A stretch of DNA of 62,297 nt, filler included, from Rhabdomonas costata (GCA_019059605.1; 36 parts of 36 records of this genome joined end to end with filler, not necessarily neighbours in it); one strand, 5' to 3'; counted from the whole stretch's first letter, positions 11,851 to 26,390 are shown. Program-made: numbers and translations. Notes: generated by a model from the letters alone, not told the origin.

Positions 11851-14800
11851 CCACAAACAAAAAGCAACGTTAGAATTCCAAAAGTGCGAAACTGATGCAA
11901 GAGATGGCGTTCACGTGATATCATCCGCGGACGAGTCACCATCATTAAAAGGCACTGTGAGGCCTTTTCTCAATAAAACACAGCACACTAGCAGGCACAC
12001 TATTAACGCAGGAAGGGCCTCGTAAAGAACCAAAAAAANNNNNNNNNNNNNNNNNNNNNNNNNNNNNNNNNNNNNNNNNNNNTTAATTAATTAANNNNNN
12101 NNNNNNNNNNNNNNNNNNNNNNNNNNNNNNNNNNNNNNTTTTGTGGTTACAGATTCTGAGGCTGAAAGCCGACATTGCCATTCTGGGGAGGGGGAGGAAG
12201 GAAATCAGTGAGGTGTGATTCACAGCACTTTTCGGTAGGACTTGGCCGCGCCACAGGCCAGGGAGACGAGGCACTCGTACTCCTCCGGGCCCATGGCTTG
12301 CTGGATCGCCTGTATGTTTTTAGCATTATACGTGAACCGAAGTTGAAACGTGTGTGTATGTGCGGGGGAGGGGGGGATCACAGCAGCGAAACAAATGAGC
12401 CTGGTAACACCCCAAAATCGAGAATTGAATCCGCAATGTTTCCAACTGTCTGGCCTGTCTGCCGCCCGGCTTTGCTAGCATATCCAATCCCCTCATGGAT
12501 GGGCAAGGTTGAACTTTCGGTGTAGCCTGTTGTTCTTTCAGAGCCTTTTGGAGATCCCTTCGCCTTCACCATTGGGGCGGACAGGACGTATGCAAAAATT
12601 TTATGAGCATGCCTCTCTCCTTATCGCACTTCTTCATTGCACGAACTTTAGGAAACTCCTCGCCACACTCACAGGTACGGACACGGGCACACCTGCATGG
12701 AAACAGTGACGCCGACCAAAGATCAGCCCAGGCTTAAACTGCAAAGGCCATAAACCACCTCAGCGCACGAGGAAAAACAAGAAGTCAAATCAGAACAGCT
12801 TCTGGATAAAAAGAAAGCAACGGATTCAGCGCAACGCGGGGGACAGTTCTGATGATGAAGCGCAGAAGCGGACGTTGCGGCCCTCGTATTCCATTGATGG
12901 GTACGCTTTTGGATGTCAAAAATCAAAAGATGTCAAAAATCAAACAACGCGAGCTGCAATCCAATACAAAAGCATGTTCCTACCAGCACCACATGAACGC
13001 TCGGATTAGTATTGTGTGCTGATCGCGAAAAACTCCACAGCTCCACAGCTCCACAGCTTAGCCAAAACTGTTTGAGGAGCAACGGTTGCCCGTTGCCCGG
13101 TCGTTGATAAAAAAGGCTTTAACAACGGCTGGTTTGCTTGCAGCTGTAGAACAGAACTCAATGTGTGACTTCGGCATCAAACCCTGGGACCTTGGAAAAA
13201 ACTGAATGGCGGGTCAGGACGACGTCGTTCATTTCTTAGGTAATTCCATGGGATGCCATCGAGCTAGAGTATCCGTTTCGGAGGGTTGCGCGAGGTTCGG
13301 CGCTTGGTGACAAGTCCAAAGGGAACAGAAAAATCACAAGTCTTATCCAGCCTCAGCAGAGCAGGCATCAACAGTCGTACACGAAAAACTGTGCCGGCTA
13401 TGTCCCTCAGAGGAGCCCTAACCCCATCCACCAGTCCTTCTACTTGCCCTTCACTGGTCCCCAGCGCTGCGGGGACGTTATGGGTCCCATGGAAAGACCG
13501 TCGGAGGCCCCCCAGCAGGACCTACAGCAGGAAGAGTAATAAGAAAGAAGGGCTTGGTCTGATTTGCCCCCCCCCCATCACCAACCGGCTATTTAACCAA
13601 CGTGAGTAGCCTTATAAATACGCTACTCACGGCTGCTGTGCAAAAGTGAATAGCGAGCGGGGAGGGAATTAGAAATGCGATGGAAAACAAGAGTGCCCAG
13701 CAGCAGTTCGAAGAGAACAGAACAGAAAAATCCTCACATAGGTGAACCAAACCGATGTGCTCAAAACATTGANNNNNNNNNNNNNNNNNNNNNNNNNNNN
13801 NNNNNNNNNNNNNNNNTTAATTAATTAANNNNNNNNNNNNNNNNNNNNNNNNNNNNNNNNNNNNNNNNNNNNTTGTGGGTGTGTCTTGTGCAGCTGAGAT
13901 CAAACTGGCAGCTGATTTCTGCAACATTAATGGTACCAGGTTGTTGTGGTGCAGGACGTATTAATTAACCAGAGAAATCGTGGAAACATTTTGACCATGT
14001 TGGTGCTTACAATATCAAGAGGCATATCACGCTAAATACATTGAAGACTGACACCCATTTCCGCTTCCGCCAAAAGGTGCGGCACGTTTTCCATTCCATC
14101 CCATTTGAAATGCTGGAACTAGATCACATTGGCTATCGACCACAGCATAAGAATGCTAATAAACAAGAGCTTCAACCCGGCGAACAGCTTGAACTGGAGC
14201 ATGCATTGACATTTCCATTTGAAGCCTCAGATGCCACGGATCACCAACAGTGTATCAAGGCTTTCAACCGCACGCCGCTACTGCTGAATGTAACGTGTGT
14301 CAACAGTTCCAGCATGAATGTCTTCAGTGGGACATAAATGCTCTAGAGTCTGAATCTGCGTGTACATGTTTTAGAACATTTCCAGGGTGCTGTTGCAAAA
14401 ATGACAAAACTGCCTCAAAGTGTGGTGAAGTTTGACCGCGAGGTTCTACAACTTCACACATGCCAACAGAAAGCGGTAAGTTTACCTCCAGCTCGGTATC
14501 AGTGCATGGGAATTTCATTTTGTGCTACTGTGCCAAGTTGTAACGGAGGTGTGGTCCACTTTCAGTTGGGAAACCTGAACAGAATGATCCGTTCAGTTAC
14601 CAGATAATTAATACCAACATCATTTTAGCAGCAATGAGGACGTTATTCTGTGCACCGCGGTTTTTTTTGCAGTCAGAAAGTGCTTTGCTGTCGTACTTAG
14701 GTGGATCTCTTTGCAAGCCTACAGCATTTTTTGGCTGACCCTTAGGACACCGAGTCCGAAGGCTACAATGCCTTGAACACCACTGGCACCACCCGACCAG

Positions 14801-16319
14801 ATCATCTCAACCAATTCCCACTGTTCACTTCTGGATCAGTTTTTTCCAACAACTCGGCTGAAAAGAGCCGTGTGCTTTGGGTTACTACGTACCTGATCAA
14901 TGCCCCCAAACTGATTGCTTTGCTTTTTTGTTTTTGGAAGAAAAGGGCCCGTTAAGATGGCAGGCCGTTGGATTCATTCGGCAAAACAAGATTTATGTTA
15001 TTTTTCCCATTCATGTATGGCAAAGGGCCCCTCAATTGGCAAGCTAAATTTTCACGCACGGTTCACCGCCACACGTTGTTTCAATTCCTTGCCATTTGTT
15101 CGGAATTTGTTCCCCAGGCTTTTTCCATCCATGTTTTCCCGCGAAACCTTGGGCGCAGCATTACCAAACCGAACACCGCATTTCTAAACCACATTTCTAA
15201 ACCAATTACGCCGGAAGAGGAGGCAACGGAACCACAGCAGCGGGAACCGAAGCAGCACCACAAGCCAATCCCCACGCGTTAGGGCACCACCTGAGGGCGG
15301 CATGTGAACCGGAGGGACGTTACCTCCGAGGCGGAGTCCGCCGGGTACCAACTGCTGGTTGAGGCCCCCCTCCACCAGATGTTCCTCTATTTTAATTTCA
15401 GCTGATATTAGCGGGAAACTCTCACTAGTCCGGTTCCGACAAGCTTTTCCGGGGTAAACTCCTGGTTGTGGAGGTTGTCGCGAACAGGCCTAGTTCCCCC
15501 CAACCCNNNNNNNNNNNNNNNNNNNNNNNNNNNNNNNNNNNNNNNNNNNNTTAATTAATTAANNNNNNNNNNNNNNNNNNNNNNNNNNNNNNNNNNNNNN
15601 NNNNNNGGTTGTTGTTTCGAAAATGGGTTAAGTCTATGAGCAAGAATGGAATGGGAAAACAACCATTTGTGAGGTGCCGTGACGGAAAAGAAAAAAGCAG
15701 TGTTGCTGTCTCCCAGTGTGGTTATTTTTTCAATCTGATTATTTTCCTTCAGGCACTTCCAACTCCGAAGTTGTGTTCTCGGACCATCAAAACGTGGATA
15801 TGTTGGCAACCACAGCCGAACCGCTTACTCGGGTCCAGGTGTGTCTTGCCGTGAGTTTGAGCGTGACCGTACTTGTTTCCGGGAGTTGTAGGCGCGCGCT
15901 GCTCAGGATACGAAGCTTTCGCAATGTTGAGCCCCCCTCCGGAAGGTTTACTGAGTGCCTGCTCTGTCAAGACTCACCACAGCAAAATAAAAGTTCCCAC
16001 ATCTCCGGGACATCGCGACAGCTCAACGCTTTACACTACGGTTTAGAACATTCAAAGGTTTAGAGCAATCAAATAAGACCATTTGGACTCATATGAAGAC
16101 TGGAGGGAGGGAGGGGGGCAAATCCAGTATTTCCCATGTTCATGCACTCATCAACACAACGTTTCAAAGCAGAATTGCAGTTATGGTTTCTATTGCTTCT
16201 GTACTCGACACTCTTGTCTGCTTCCGAAGCCGACTGAACTGTCCTCGCAAAATTCTGATTCGAGAACACATTGCTGACATACCAGACCAGAGGTAAAAAT
16301 CGAAAAAAAACAATCCTAC

Positions 16320-16640
16320 CAGCAGATCATCGAAAACTTTTAGCCGGTATTCCCGGTAGTTCAGCAAGAACGCTTCGACGCGCTTGGTCTTGCGGTGCCA
16401 GATTTGAATGCGCAGCCGCAGCCATACGAGGGAGCGCCGGACGTCCCTGTGAAACTTCAATAGCAGGTCGACGATCGCATGGAGGTCCATTCCAGGAGCC
16501 AAATCCTCACGGATACCAAACAACTTTGCAACGGGGGTGTTGAACTTTACACGATCTAAGTCTGTCTGATGACTCACCTTGACCGGCCGGTAGTCATGGC
16601 CATCCACAAAGAAAACCGCCTTGAGCGGATCTTTCTCCAT
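16320..16640 (-). CDS. Unknown protein, first coding exon (MEKDPLKAVFFVDG...)
   Basis: ATG after a pyrimidine-rich leader, 107 open codons, GT donor at 16319. Confidence 0.55.
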
Positions 16641-17376
16641 GTCGCTTCGCCTCCTCGAAAAAACGGAGCGATAGCAAAGCAACTCAAAGCCCTTTGTGGT
16701 TAAGAAAGCGAGCCAGAGGAGCAACAGGTGTGAGTGGGAAGGGCAGAATGAAACAGTGAAGAGAAAACAACAAACTACACGCGTCCCATTCGATTGGGAC
16801 GTGTTGCGCACAGCATCGCGAAAAGGCCGAAAAGGAAGAAATAAAAAAAGCAGAGAAAAAGCAAAGAATGCAAGTGTGAAGCGCTGCGCAAGCAAAGCAT
16901 GGCAACAAAAAAACACCGCACGAGCACCATTCAATGGGTTATAACCATGACGGCACACGAAGGCGGGACTAAGCTAAACAATATCCTCAGGAAAGGTTGT
17001 CATTTACAATCCGATTTGGAGCCAGAAAGGCAGAGAGCTGGAAAACGGTTCAGCACTCCTCCCCTCATCTCGCGTTTGCTTCCTCCCTTGACGATAGCGA
17101 TTTATTTTATTGTTGAGCAAGGCCCTCCCCACCCCTCCCTTTTTTGTGCGCGGTCTTGGAGGACTTCCCTATTGAAAATATACCACCAGCTTACCATTTT
17201 CAAAAGACGATCACTACAACTGCAGGCATACACACACACCNNNNNNNNNNNNNNNNNNNNNNNNNNNNNNNNNNNNNNNNNNNNTTAATTAATTAANNNN
17301 NNNNNNNNNNNNNNNNNNNNNNNNNNNNNNNNNNNNNNNNGGGTTGTGGTGGTGTGTTTGGTTTTTTTGGTACCAC

Positions 17377-18891
17377 CTCGAACAGCAAGGATGGAAGGTC
17401 CACAGCGCTCGCCTCGGCGAGCTCGCTGCCCCCCCAAGATGCAGACTCCACCCCCTGAAGGTCCAGAAAGCCCACCAGAAGCCGCAGCAGTGCCTCCACC
17501 GCAGCGCTCTCCACGCTCAGCTCCCAACGGTTCAGGCCTCCCGAGCCGCGACCGAGGTAGAGGGGGAGTGTGGTGGGGGTGAGCAGCGAGGAGAGCACGG
17601 TGAAGAGTCCGTGGCGGCGGAGCAGGGGTCGGACTAGGTGGGGACCGTGCTCCAAGCCGAGTTCTAGGACTTGACAGAGCTGGACCTTGACCCGGAGGGT
17701 GTCGATGCGGGGGTAGGAGGCGGGAGAGAGGCTGGGGCTGAACTGCAATTGGGCAGAGCGAAGGTAGTGCAGAAGCACGGCGACTGTGGCCTCGTTGGAG
17801 AGCAGTGCAATGCAAAGCTCTCTGTGTCTGAGAGAAGGAAGGAGTAAGGAGTAAGGAGTGACAGAGAGACGGATCGAATCCCTAGGTAGGGAAGGAGAGT
17901 GTTCCAACTCAAGCAAAAATACAGGGTTTGTGTCGCTCGTCCTCGGAAACTTTCGGAAAAACGCAGCAAACACAACATACAGCCCGTTCTTTGTATTTCC
18001 CGCTTCCAGCAGTTATCTAACAACACCAACACGCCTTCACGGTACAATGAATATGAGTGCCTCACAAATGATTAAACATAATCAAGACATGCGCTTCACC
18101 CACGATGGCAGACAAGCACACCGGCACAGCCTGTGCGTCAGCTGAGTAAGAAAGGGCTGCAGTACCCCTCCGGGGTCGCCGCCCTGGCGAACGAACCGCA
18201 GTACCTCCCCCAGGGCCTCGGACATCGCGGGGTGGCGCTGCGCCGCGCAGTGCTGCTCCCACCGCCCGGCGTCCTCTGGGGAGCCCTCCAGCAGAGCAAG
18301 CACGAGGGCGGCCCAGGCCACCTAAAAAGTAAAGTGGGGGCCACCTTTCAACGAAGAGGGGCACAGCACAAACGAGGCATCGGTCACATGGAAAGAATGA
18401 GGGACGCACCTTGTGTTCCTGAAGCTTATTATCTCCAAGACATCCAGAGCGCGAGTGCAGAGGGGAGGGGGGTCAGCGTTGGCAGACGAGAGAGAAAAAG
18501 GGGAAGGGAAGGGAACGTTAGGACGCAAAAGAGACAGTGATACAGGAATGTGGAGATGGGCAGTTCGGCAAGAAGCCAAACTCTGACAAAATCCCAGAAA
18601 AAATGAGGGTCTGGCTTGCCTTGGAATTTTGCGACCCTCCTTCAGCACGCAAACTACCTTCCCCACCAAACTGTGGAGGTGAAATGCCAGCTGCAGCAGC
18701 GCAGGCAGCTCCACCGCTCGCCGTGCGGCCCGGACCACCCCAGGGCCCCCCTCGCGGACTACCACCACAAGCTCCGCCATCAGGGCGGCGGCCTGGGCCT
18801 CGGGCAAGGTGTCAGGCCCCGCTAGCAGGTGGTCCAGAAGTGCCCCGACCACCACTTCCTCCGGCTCCTCGTGCTCCCCAGGCTCAGCCAT
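17377..18891 (-). CDS. Leu-rich helical (ARM/HEAT-like) protein; exons 18891-18658, 18321-18122, 17821-17377
   Basis: Three GC-rich exons join in frame through GT-AG introns; the fold is inferred from composition only. Confidence 0.65.
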
Positions 18892-19166
18892 CGGCGCGCC
18901 GGGGCAGCATCCTAATCATCAGCACATTCAGGGGGGACATGCCAACACACTCATGCAGCGAACTCCCACCACACNNNNNNNNNNNNNNNNNNNNNNNNNN
19001 NNNNNNNNNNNNNNNNNNTTAATTAATTAANNNNNNNNNNNNNNNNNNNNNNNNNNNNNNNNNNNNNNNNNNNNTGTGTGGTGGAGGGGAGCCCACACGT
19101 GCTCGCTCTTCCCGTTTTGTGCACCGGGCACCGCCAGTGGCCGCGGAGAACGCTTGAGATAAGAAG

Positions 19167-20700
19167 GTGATCCTGGAAGACGCTTGCATTGAATTCCGTA
19201 CGTTCGCGCAGATTCGAGGCCTGAACTTGGTCACCGAGGAGATGCCGGAGGAGATTGTGGCCACGGCTCCGCTTTCGCAGCAAGCCAGCCTGAGGGCTAA
19301 CGAGGCCGAGGCCCTCAAGCGGCGCGCCGCGCTGCGGAAGACTCCGGTGCTGCGGGCCACCATCATGCAGTGGTGGAATCGCCTCCCGAAGAACTCTCAG
19401 GGGGAGCTGGAGAAGAGGACGTACTTTGAGATGTGCCGGGAGGTGCGCTCGTCTTCCCTTGTTGAACCTGTTTAGCATGGTTTGCATCGCTTCTCTTTCT
19501 CTTTTATGCTTTAATGAATCTCTCTCTCCTTCTTCATGTGCATTCGTGACCGTTGTCATCATCAATGTTTGACATCTGCACACGCCCTTGTAGTGCCGTA
19601 CAACGCATGCATTTTTCTTGCTGGCCAAGCTGCTGTCATCTGGAGCCCCCTCCTTCCGTCTCTCACACACAAACACATACCGCGATATATGTGCAACAGC
19701 CGTCCATTTTTGTTCCGATTAGACGGAGCTTGATGGAGACTTCCTGGAGATTTCCTGGAGCTGGAGGTTATATGTGGTGCTCCTCTCTCTCTGTATATAT
19801 TTGTTGCAACAGCTTTTTCCAATTGTCGACCCCGACACTCCGGAGTCCAAATACGATGAGATTATTGAGAACGACTGGAGGTTCGACAGTGACGGGCGGC
19901 CAGCAATGGACTACCCGCTGTTCCTGGACGCCATGTTCCTGTTCATGGACCTGTGGGTGGAGAAGATCTGCGCAAAGTGTTTGCGTGGTGTCGTCGCAAC
20001 CAATTCTGTTTGAGTATTCGGCGAGTAGTCTTACCCAATGCCTTTACCCCCGGGGGCCTCAGGTTCAACTGATTGGCATTCGTTCTTATTTGCCCTGTTA
20101 TACACTAGACTCAACAATTATGCGTTAGGGTCTTATTATCCGTATCTTGTCAGTATCTTGTGTTTTCGGGTATAGTTTCATCGTAAGCTAATCGTACGCA
20201 AACCTGGCCCAGTTGCCCGAGATCCCTGAATTGCACTGCACCTCTTCTCGACGATTTTGTTTTTCCTTTGAGTATATTGTCATTATAGGAAGACATACGT
20301 CACTTCTTCATGTGCTGCTGATTTGCAGAGATTACCAGGGCTTTCTCCACCATGTCAGCTCCGAGCTGAAGCAGCAGCACGAGTTGCAGAAGCAGCAGGC
20401 TGATGTTGTGGAAACATTTCTTCTTTCTGAGAAGAGAGCCCGGGACGATCTTGAATTTTTTGCAATGAACAAGTGGGACAATATCATGCTGGAGCTAGGT
20501 AAAGCTGTGCAGCGTGAGCAGAAGAAGCTGGAAAGAGAGGAGCAGGACAGGATCGCTCAGGAGGCTGAGGAGCGTCGCGCTCAGTCCAAGGCAGAGCGGG
20601 ACAGGCGGCGGAGGCGCGAGCTCTTCCTTGCCGAGCAGAAGCGCTGCAGAGAGGTCCTTGAGAAGGAGGAGAAGTCCGAGCGGGACCTTCTACTGCTCAC
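19167..20700 (+). CDS. EF-hand-like domain followed by coiled coil; exons 19167-19442, 19813-19976, 20329 to contig end
   Basis: WWNRLPKNSQGELEKRTY..DWRFDSDGRPAMDYPLFLDAMFLFMDLWV..KDYQGFL, then an E/R/K-rich coil; splice phases are consistent. Confidence 0.7.
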
Positions 20701-21459
20701 ACCACACANNNNNNNNNNNNNNNNNNNNNNNNNNNNNNNNNNNNNNNNNNNNTTAATTAATTAANNNNNNNNNNNNNNNNNNNNNNNNNNNNNNNNNNNN
20801 NNNNNNNNAAGACCTCAGCCATATCGGCCAGGGTCGTCTCCAGGTTCGCCCCTGTCCAAATGCATCCGTGTGAATCTGTGTAACGAATCATGCAAAACAA
20901 AGTACTCACTCTTCCGTGTGTACTGGCTCCTCGTCAGAGGTTTCTGCGCTGTCGTCCGGATGGATTGGCGACAGCACTAAAAAGTAAAGAGAGAGGAGGC
21001 ATACACTCATGCAAAAAATATATGATATTTTCCACTCACCAGAAGGTAAGGCAGGCAAGGCTACCAAGGTGAATCACTTGCAAGAGGGCATGCAGCGGCC
21101 AAAAGACCACACACGCACACATCTTACAGTTCATTATAAGGAAGTAGGAAGAAGGAAGAAGGAAGGGATGCAGAGTCAGCATAATCGAGCTGGCAGCGAA
21201 GAAAACCGAAGAGGATGGATACAGTACTTTCCCGGAAACCTTTTGAATGGCCAATACCTATACAAAAACGTCTACAAAACTGACCACAATAGCACGTCAG
21301 AGCGATGGAGCACCGACAGCGCAGCCTCACAGCAGTTTACCCGCCGAAGCGGTTCCGAAGGGAGACACACAGACAAGAGGTTTCGAGCGCTCTTTCGTCT
21401 CCAGGAAGCCTTATCCATTATTATTTGGTCTCGCAGGGAAGACTAAGCGAAGCAGACCG

Positions 21460-22022
21460 GAGGTCTTTTGAAGTCGCAGCAGGCCTCCCGAAACGATGCA
21501 TGGGCAGTTCTTGGGGTGAAAGTCTCCAGTAGTCTGACAGTTTCCCCCTTGGGATCTCTTTCATATCGCTTGGCGCCGCTTCTAGGTTTACGACGGCACC
21601 CACAACTTACAAGGGAAGTGGTAAAATGCACCAAAGAATGGGTGCAGACACAGCGTCTGCCTGTGAAACAAAAAAAGCAGACCTCTGCAGATGTCAAAGT
21701 TAATCTTGGCCATTCCTTGTGCTGATAACCACAGCAAGAGCTGCTGCTCGTCCTCGCTGAGACGTCGCCGCAAGGCGCGCTCCATCTGCTCCACGCACTC
21801 CATTCCCACAGGTAAGAAGAAGATTAACACTAAGCGCACCACAAAAATACGTTCAAATCGGTAAACCAAACGACCACATAAAATGGTGAGCCTAACCAGT
21901 TTATGAAGTTTGATTCCTCGCCCATGGCGGAGCTGCCAATCGCCAAAATCCAGCAACGGCGATGAATCCCCTCCCCCCGTCGTAAGGTACGAGTGTCTAA
22001 GAAGCCGCCTTCGTTCGTTCAT
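21460..22022 (-). CDS. Unknown multi-exon protein fragment
   Basis: Short coding-like blocks (MNERRRLL.., CVEQMERALRRRLSEDEQQLL..) with plausible GT/AG boundaries. Confidence 0.35.
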
Positions 22023-22579
22023 TCGCTCGATTCCTCGCCCACCTGAAGGAGGCAGACAGTTCCCATGTCGTCATTTTATCAACGATTCAGACGCATGATC
22101 ACCCGGCAATCCTAGACCAAAGCACTCAGCATCCCATTGAAGTGCAAGAAATGCAAAGAAATCAATATTTGAAAATGATTTAACCAACTAAAAGTTGGAA
22201 TTGATATTGAATCTAAAGATGGAATTAAAGATGGAATTGATATTGAATCTGCCAGTTTACTGCGACTGGTTTGCTTCAAAGGTGAAACAAAAGTAAATTT
22301 CCTTGAAGGCTGCGTTCACTCGCGAGTGGGCATCCGTTACGATGTTCCGGATTTCCGGATGATTACAGTAAACCTGAAAACGATGCTCATATGGCCTGCC
22401 TGCCCTCACCCGATTGTACGTCCAAAGGTTCACAACAAACCNNNNNNNNNNNNNNNNNNNNNNNNNNNNNNNNNNNNNNNNNNNNTTAATTAATTAANNN
22501 NNNNNNNNNNNNNNNNNNNNNNNNNNNNNNNNNNNNNNNNNGGTTGTTCGCGTGGGTTTGAGATTCGGCCCGGTGCCGA

Positions 22580-23135
22580 TGCCGAATCTCAAACCCACGC
22601 GAACAATCCGATTCGAATTCAACATAGCCAGGGGAGAAAGCTCCTTTGAAGACCAGATGTCTACGCTTGGGAGAGGAGACAGCATGTTACACAAAGCATC
22701 TGGGCCATGGACGTGGTCCATGAGCAACTCTCTGATGTTATTATTTTGGACTGGGGAGAGAAGCTCATGTCAGGAATCGGGAATCCGGAAACGGTCCTTT
22801 TTAGCAGAGTTACTACGCGGCACTTTATGCTGTGTCGGTCTTCTTCGCGCTTGCGCAACGAGAACCCTTTCAACAAATAGGGCGCATCAAGAGGTGGGAC
22901 ATGGGGATTGCGGGGAGAATGCGCAACACCCTCCAGCCGTTGCGTGCTGTTGCCATGGCACCAACAAGGAGTCTTGTAAGAGGCAGGTGGAAGGGAGGGA
23001 GAACAGGGAGAAAACCAGGCCCCATGAGCGCAGGACAAGGGGCTCCCGCAGGCTGCCCACCACCAGTCCCACGAGCTTAATACAGGACTCCACGGCACGG
23101 GCATCCGCAAACACGGCAGGGAACAAGGCCACACC
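22580..23135 (-). CDS. Unknown helical protein, exon fragments
   Basis: Coding-like blocks VALFPAVFADARAVESCIKLVGLVV and ELLMDHVHGPDALCNML. Confidence 0.3.
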
Positions 23136-25258
23136 CTGCAGAAACCACGCAATCAGCAACACCCAGCGTGTTTCTCCACCACCATTGAGCGTGTTTCATC
23201 CCCATAGGGAGAGTAAGCGATGGGTTTGAACCCCCCAACACACATCCAGCACAATATATTGTTCTGGTTGTCCATCCCCAGCGGGCTTTTGCCCGCTGCC
23301 TGACTCCGCCATGGCGTCCCCACAACGGCTCTACTCGACAGCGCAGTATGCAAATTGGAACAAGTGGAGGTAAAACTACACGAAATGCGTGAAACTCCCG
23401 CAATACCCGGCAGAGCAGAACGAGGGCAAGCTTGACCATTGCTCGGTCTGAGAAAAAGATTATAAAGAAAGGTAACGGCTCATCGCAGTGCAAGGAAGAC
23501 GGCAGAGCTGGTTCAGGACAACGGACCAAAGGGACCTTTGCCAAAACCCCACATTGAAGCTCTTGGGGGACAAAGACCACAGAACAAATGGGAGGGACCA
23601 ACCGAAGACAGGATTTCACAATGGGCTTTATGAGAAGCACTGCAGTGACTGACATAACCAGACACCAGCACTGAAGGTCTTAACATTGAGAATCCGCTTT
23701 TCAGTTGCAGGGAGCGGATACGCACAAGATCAGCGTGAGGGGTTTGGCAATTCAAGCACCGAAGTGGGCGATAATGCTGCGTCCAGTATGGCTGTACACG
23801 GGGGCGGGAAAAGTGACGCATACGTCGCTAGTGAAGAAGGAAGATGATTCCCACTGCTGAGTTCAATCATTTTTTGCGGCGTGCCCTTTGTTCTTTGTAT
23901 GGAAGAGGAAACGAGACGAAAGAGCAACCACCGCGGAAAAAGAAAAGAAACGTGACATAGTGAAGCTCAAGCATCACCAGCAACAAACAAGAAGCGACAC
24001 ACACAAAGGAAAATGCAGAGGAGCGAGACAGTGAAAACAAGCAAGGCAGAGACCGCAGAGGACGAGCCCGTGACAATCACGAGAGCAAAACAATTAAATC
24101 ACAGATTGGGAATGGGTCCATGCTTCCCATGCCCGAGTAATCCCTCCTCCGAAATCTGCCTTCCACCCCCCACCCNNNNNNNNNNNNNNNNNNNNNNNNN
24201 NNNNNNNNNNNNNNNNNNNTTAATTAATTAANNNNNNNNNNNNNNNNNNNNNNNNNNNNNNNNNNNNNNNNNNNNTGTTTGTGGGAAGAGTTGCTAACTT
24301 CTCTTATTCGATTTTTTTGCTTTTGTTTTGTGCACGCGGTAGCATGCGTGATAGCATAACAGCACGTCATGCCATTTCCTTTGGGTTTGTTAACCTCTTT
24401 ATTACCTGTGTGGCACTTTTTCTCCCTGACCTACGACCATGCGATAGCCGTTGAGACACGCAAAGGTCTTCTCGAAGCGCTTGGGGTTTTGTCTTTCTAG
24501 CCCCTCGCAACTGTTTCTCTATGGAGCAATCTGACTCTTTGGGGCGGAGGTGCTGAACGGTTTGATTTCTTTAACGTCGCTTTTGTTACAACATCGTTAC
24601 CCGGTATGACGGTCATGTTTGAGAGAATCTGAAGGTGGTTTGTCCCATATCTTGGCCATTCTTTATGACTCTTGGCTGAAGTTTTACTCTCTGGGCTTTG
24701 GTGGACAAGTGGGACAGGTTCATTTCATGGCCGGAGCGGGCAGGTACGGCGGGCAGGGATTTTTCGTGGGATATAGGGGCAAATGCAGGAAAGGGAAGGG
24801 ACCTGCGTGGCGGAGCCGTCTATACTAGTTTGACTTTATCGTATAGCAACGAGATTGTCCAAAGTGCTCCGGACTCGCAATCTGACTTTGCCTGCGGTTG
24901 CTGTTAGTTCCCCATCTCCTCCATCCCATACATTCCGGTTTGATCGAAAATCACAATGGTGTTCAATCCTGTGTTTCTTTTCACACCCAACCGTTGCGAA
25001 GATAATTAGTGGGTGCAAATATTTCTTCCCTCGAGGCAAAGAATCAAGGCTTTTGTCGACTTCGTTTGCCCTTTGTTGTCCCCAGCTCCTCACTTGTCTT
25101 CATTCTTCGCATTCGTGGCGCGCTGTGCATCGTTTTGCACCATAACATCTCCGAATTTTCGACCCAGCGATTTTTTTATCTTGGATCCACCCTGAAATAT
25201 CATCTTTTTGTTCCTCTTCTGGTGCTTTTCTGGTCTCTGGTTTCTGTTGTCTTCAATT

Positions 25259-25420
25259 ATGGCCCGCACACTGACAGCAGCCGATGGGGTATCCCTGCAG
25301 CTGTACCACTGGCCCGGACCACCCTCCCCCCGGGGCACCGTGGTCATTGTGCATGGCCTGGGCGAGCACGCCGGCCGCTATGCCCATGTGGCCTCTGTCC
25401 TGAACTCGTCGGGTTGGCAG
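25259..25420 (+). CDS. Alpha/beta hydrolase (monoacylglycerol lipase/PldB-like), first exon
   Basis: DGVSLQLYHW..PRGTVVIVHGLGEHAGRYAHVA..GWQ, then GT donor. Confidence 0.88.
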
Positions 25421-26007
25421 GTGCCTCCTCGCACATTCACTCCCCCTGTTCGACGGTGGTATGAAAGCATTTTGATGTAGAATTATGCGACTCTGAGTAT
25501 TTTTGCTTTTTCTGACCTTGTTTTGCTTACCTTCCTCGAATGCGCTCGCCAGCATAAGCACGAGCAGGCGATCCGCTGTGCTGGAAGTGACAGTTCCCCC
25601 TTTCTACCGTTTGCCTTGTGACCTCTGTTTCGTTCCAGTCCAGTCGTTACACCACACTACAGGAACTGTGAGAGTAATGCCAACAAGTCCCCCTCACCTG
25701 CTGCAACTATCGCAAAACTTGGGCAGCACTCAGTTTGGAACAGATTGGACCGAGTAGACACGACTTGAAACCATGAAGTTGGTCTCCAACGGACAGTAAA
25801 GGACATTAGTCGCCAAAAAACCACTGCGAAACAGCCAAAACAGAGTTTTTTTTTCGCGTGTTCAAATGGGGATACCCTGTGACACACCACCCCAAACACA
25901 CCAACACNNNNNNNNNNNNNNNNNNNNNNNNNNNNNNNNNNNNNNNNNNNNTTAATTAATTAANNNNNNNNNNNNNNNNNNNNNNNNNNNNNNNNNNNNN
26001 NNNNNNN

Positions 26008-26390
26008 GGTGGGGGTGTAGCTGCCATTGCCGACGCACCCAGGCGGATACGGGCTTCCAAGGGTAGGCCAAGTCAATCCCCTGGGGCCACATGCTGTTCA
26101 TCCGACCAACGCAGTAGCGCTCCCGGGGGTGGCGGTTTCCCAGTCGTCGTCCATGTAGTGCTCTTTCGGAATTAACTCGGGTGGGAAAACCGCGTCGGAG
26201 AAGGTTGGCAGTTGGCAAGCGCTACGTGCCGGAGGTCCTTGGGGGTCTTGCGCTGATGCCCGTGCTCCTTCGCCCTTTCCCGCATCCGCCGAACGGTCTG
26301 CCCAACGTACCAGCGACCCAAGGCAAAATGGAACAGGCCGCAAATCAGGCCAAACTTGATCCAAGTTGCCGAAGCGTCCTTGAACTTCAT
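26008..26390 (-). mobile_element. Degenerate GIY-YIG endonuclease (Penelope-like retroelement type), frameshifted
   Basis: GLICGLF..WYVGQTVRRMRERAKEH, then after frameshifts RERYCVGRMNSMWPQGID (RE.YW..L....P.G.N motif); intronless. Confidence 0.7.

Noticed and set aside
15280-15500. GC-rich hairpins suggestive of a structured RNA or ribozyme
   Set aside because: No recognisable HDV, hammerhead, tRNA or rRNA consensus
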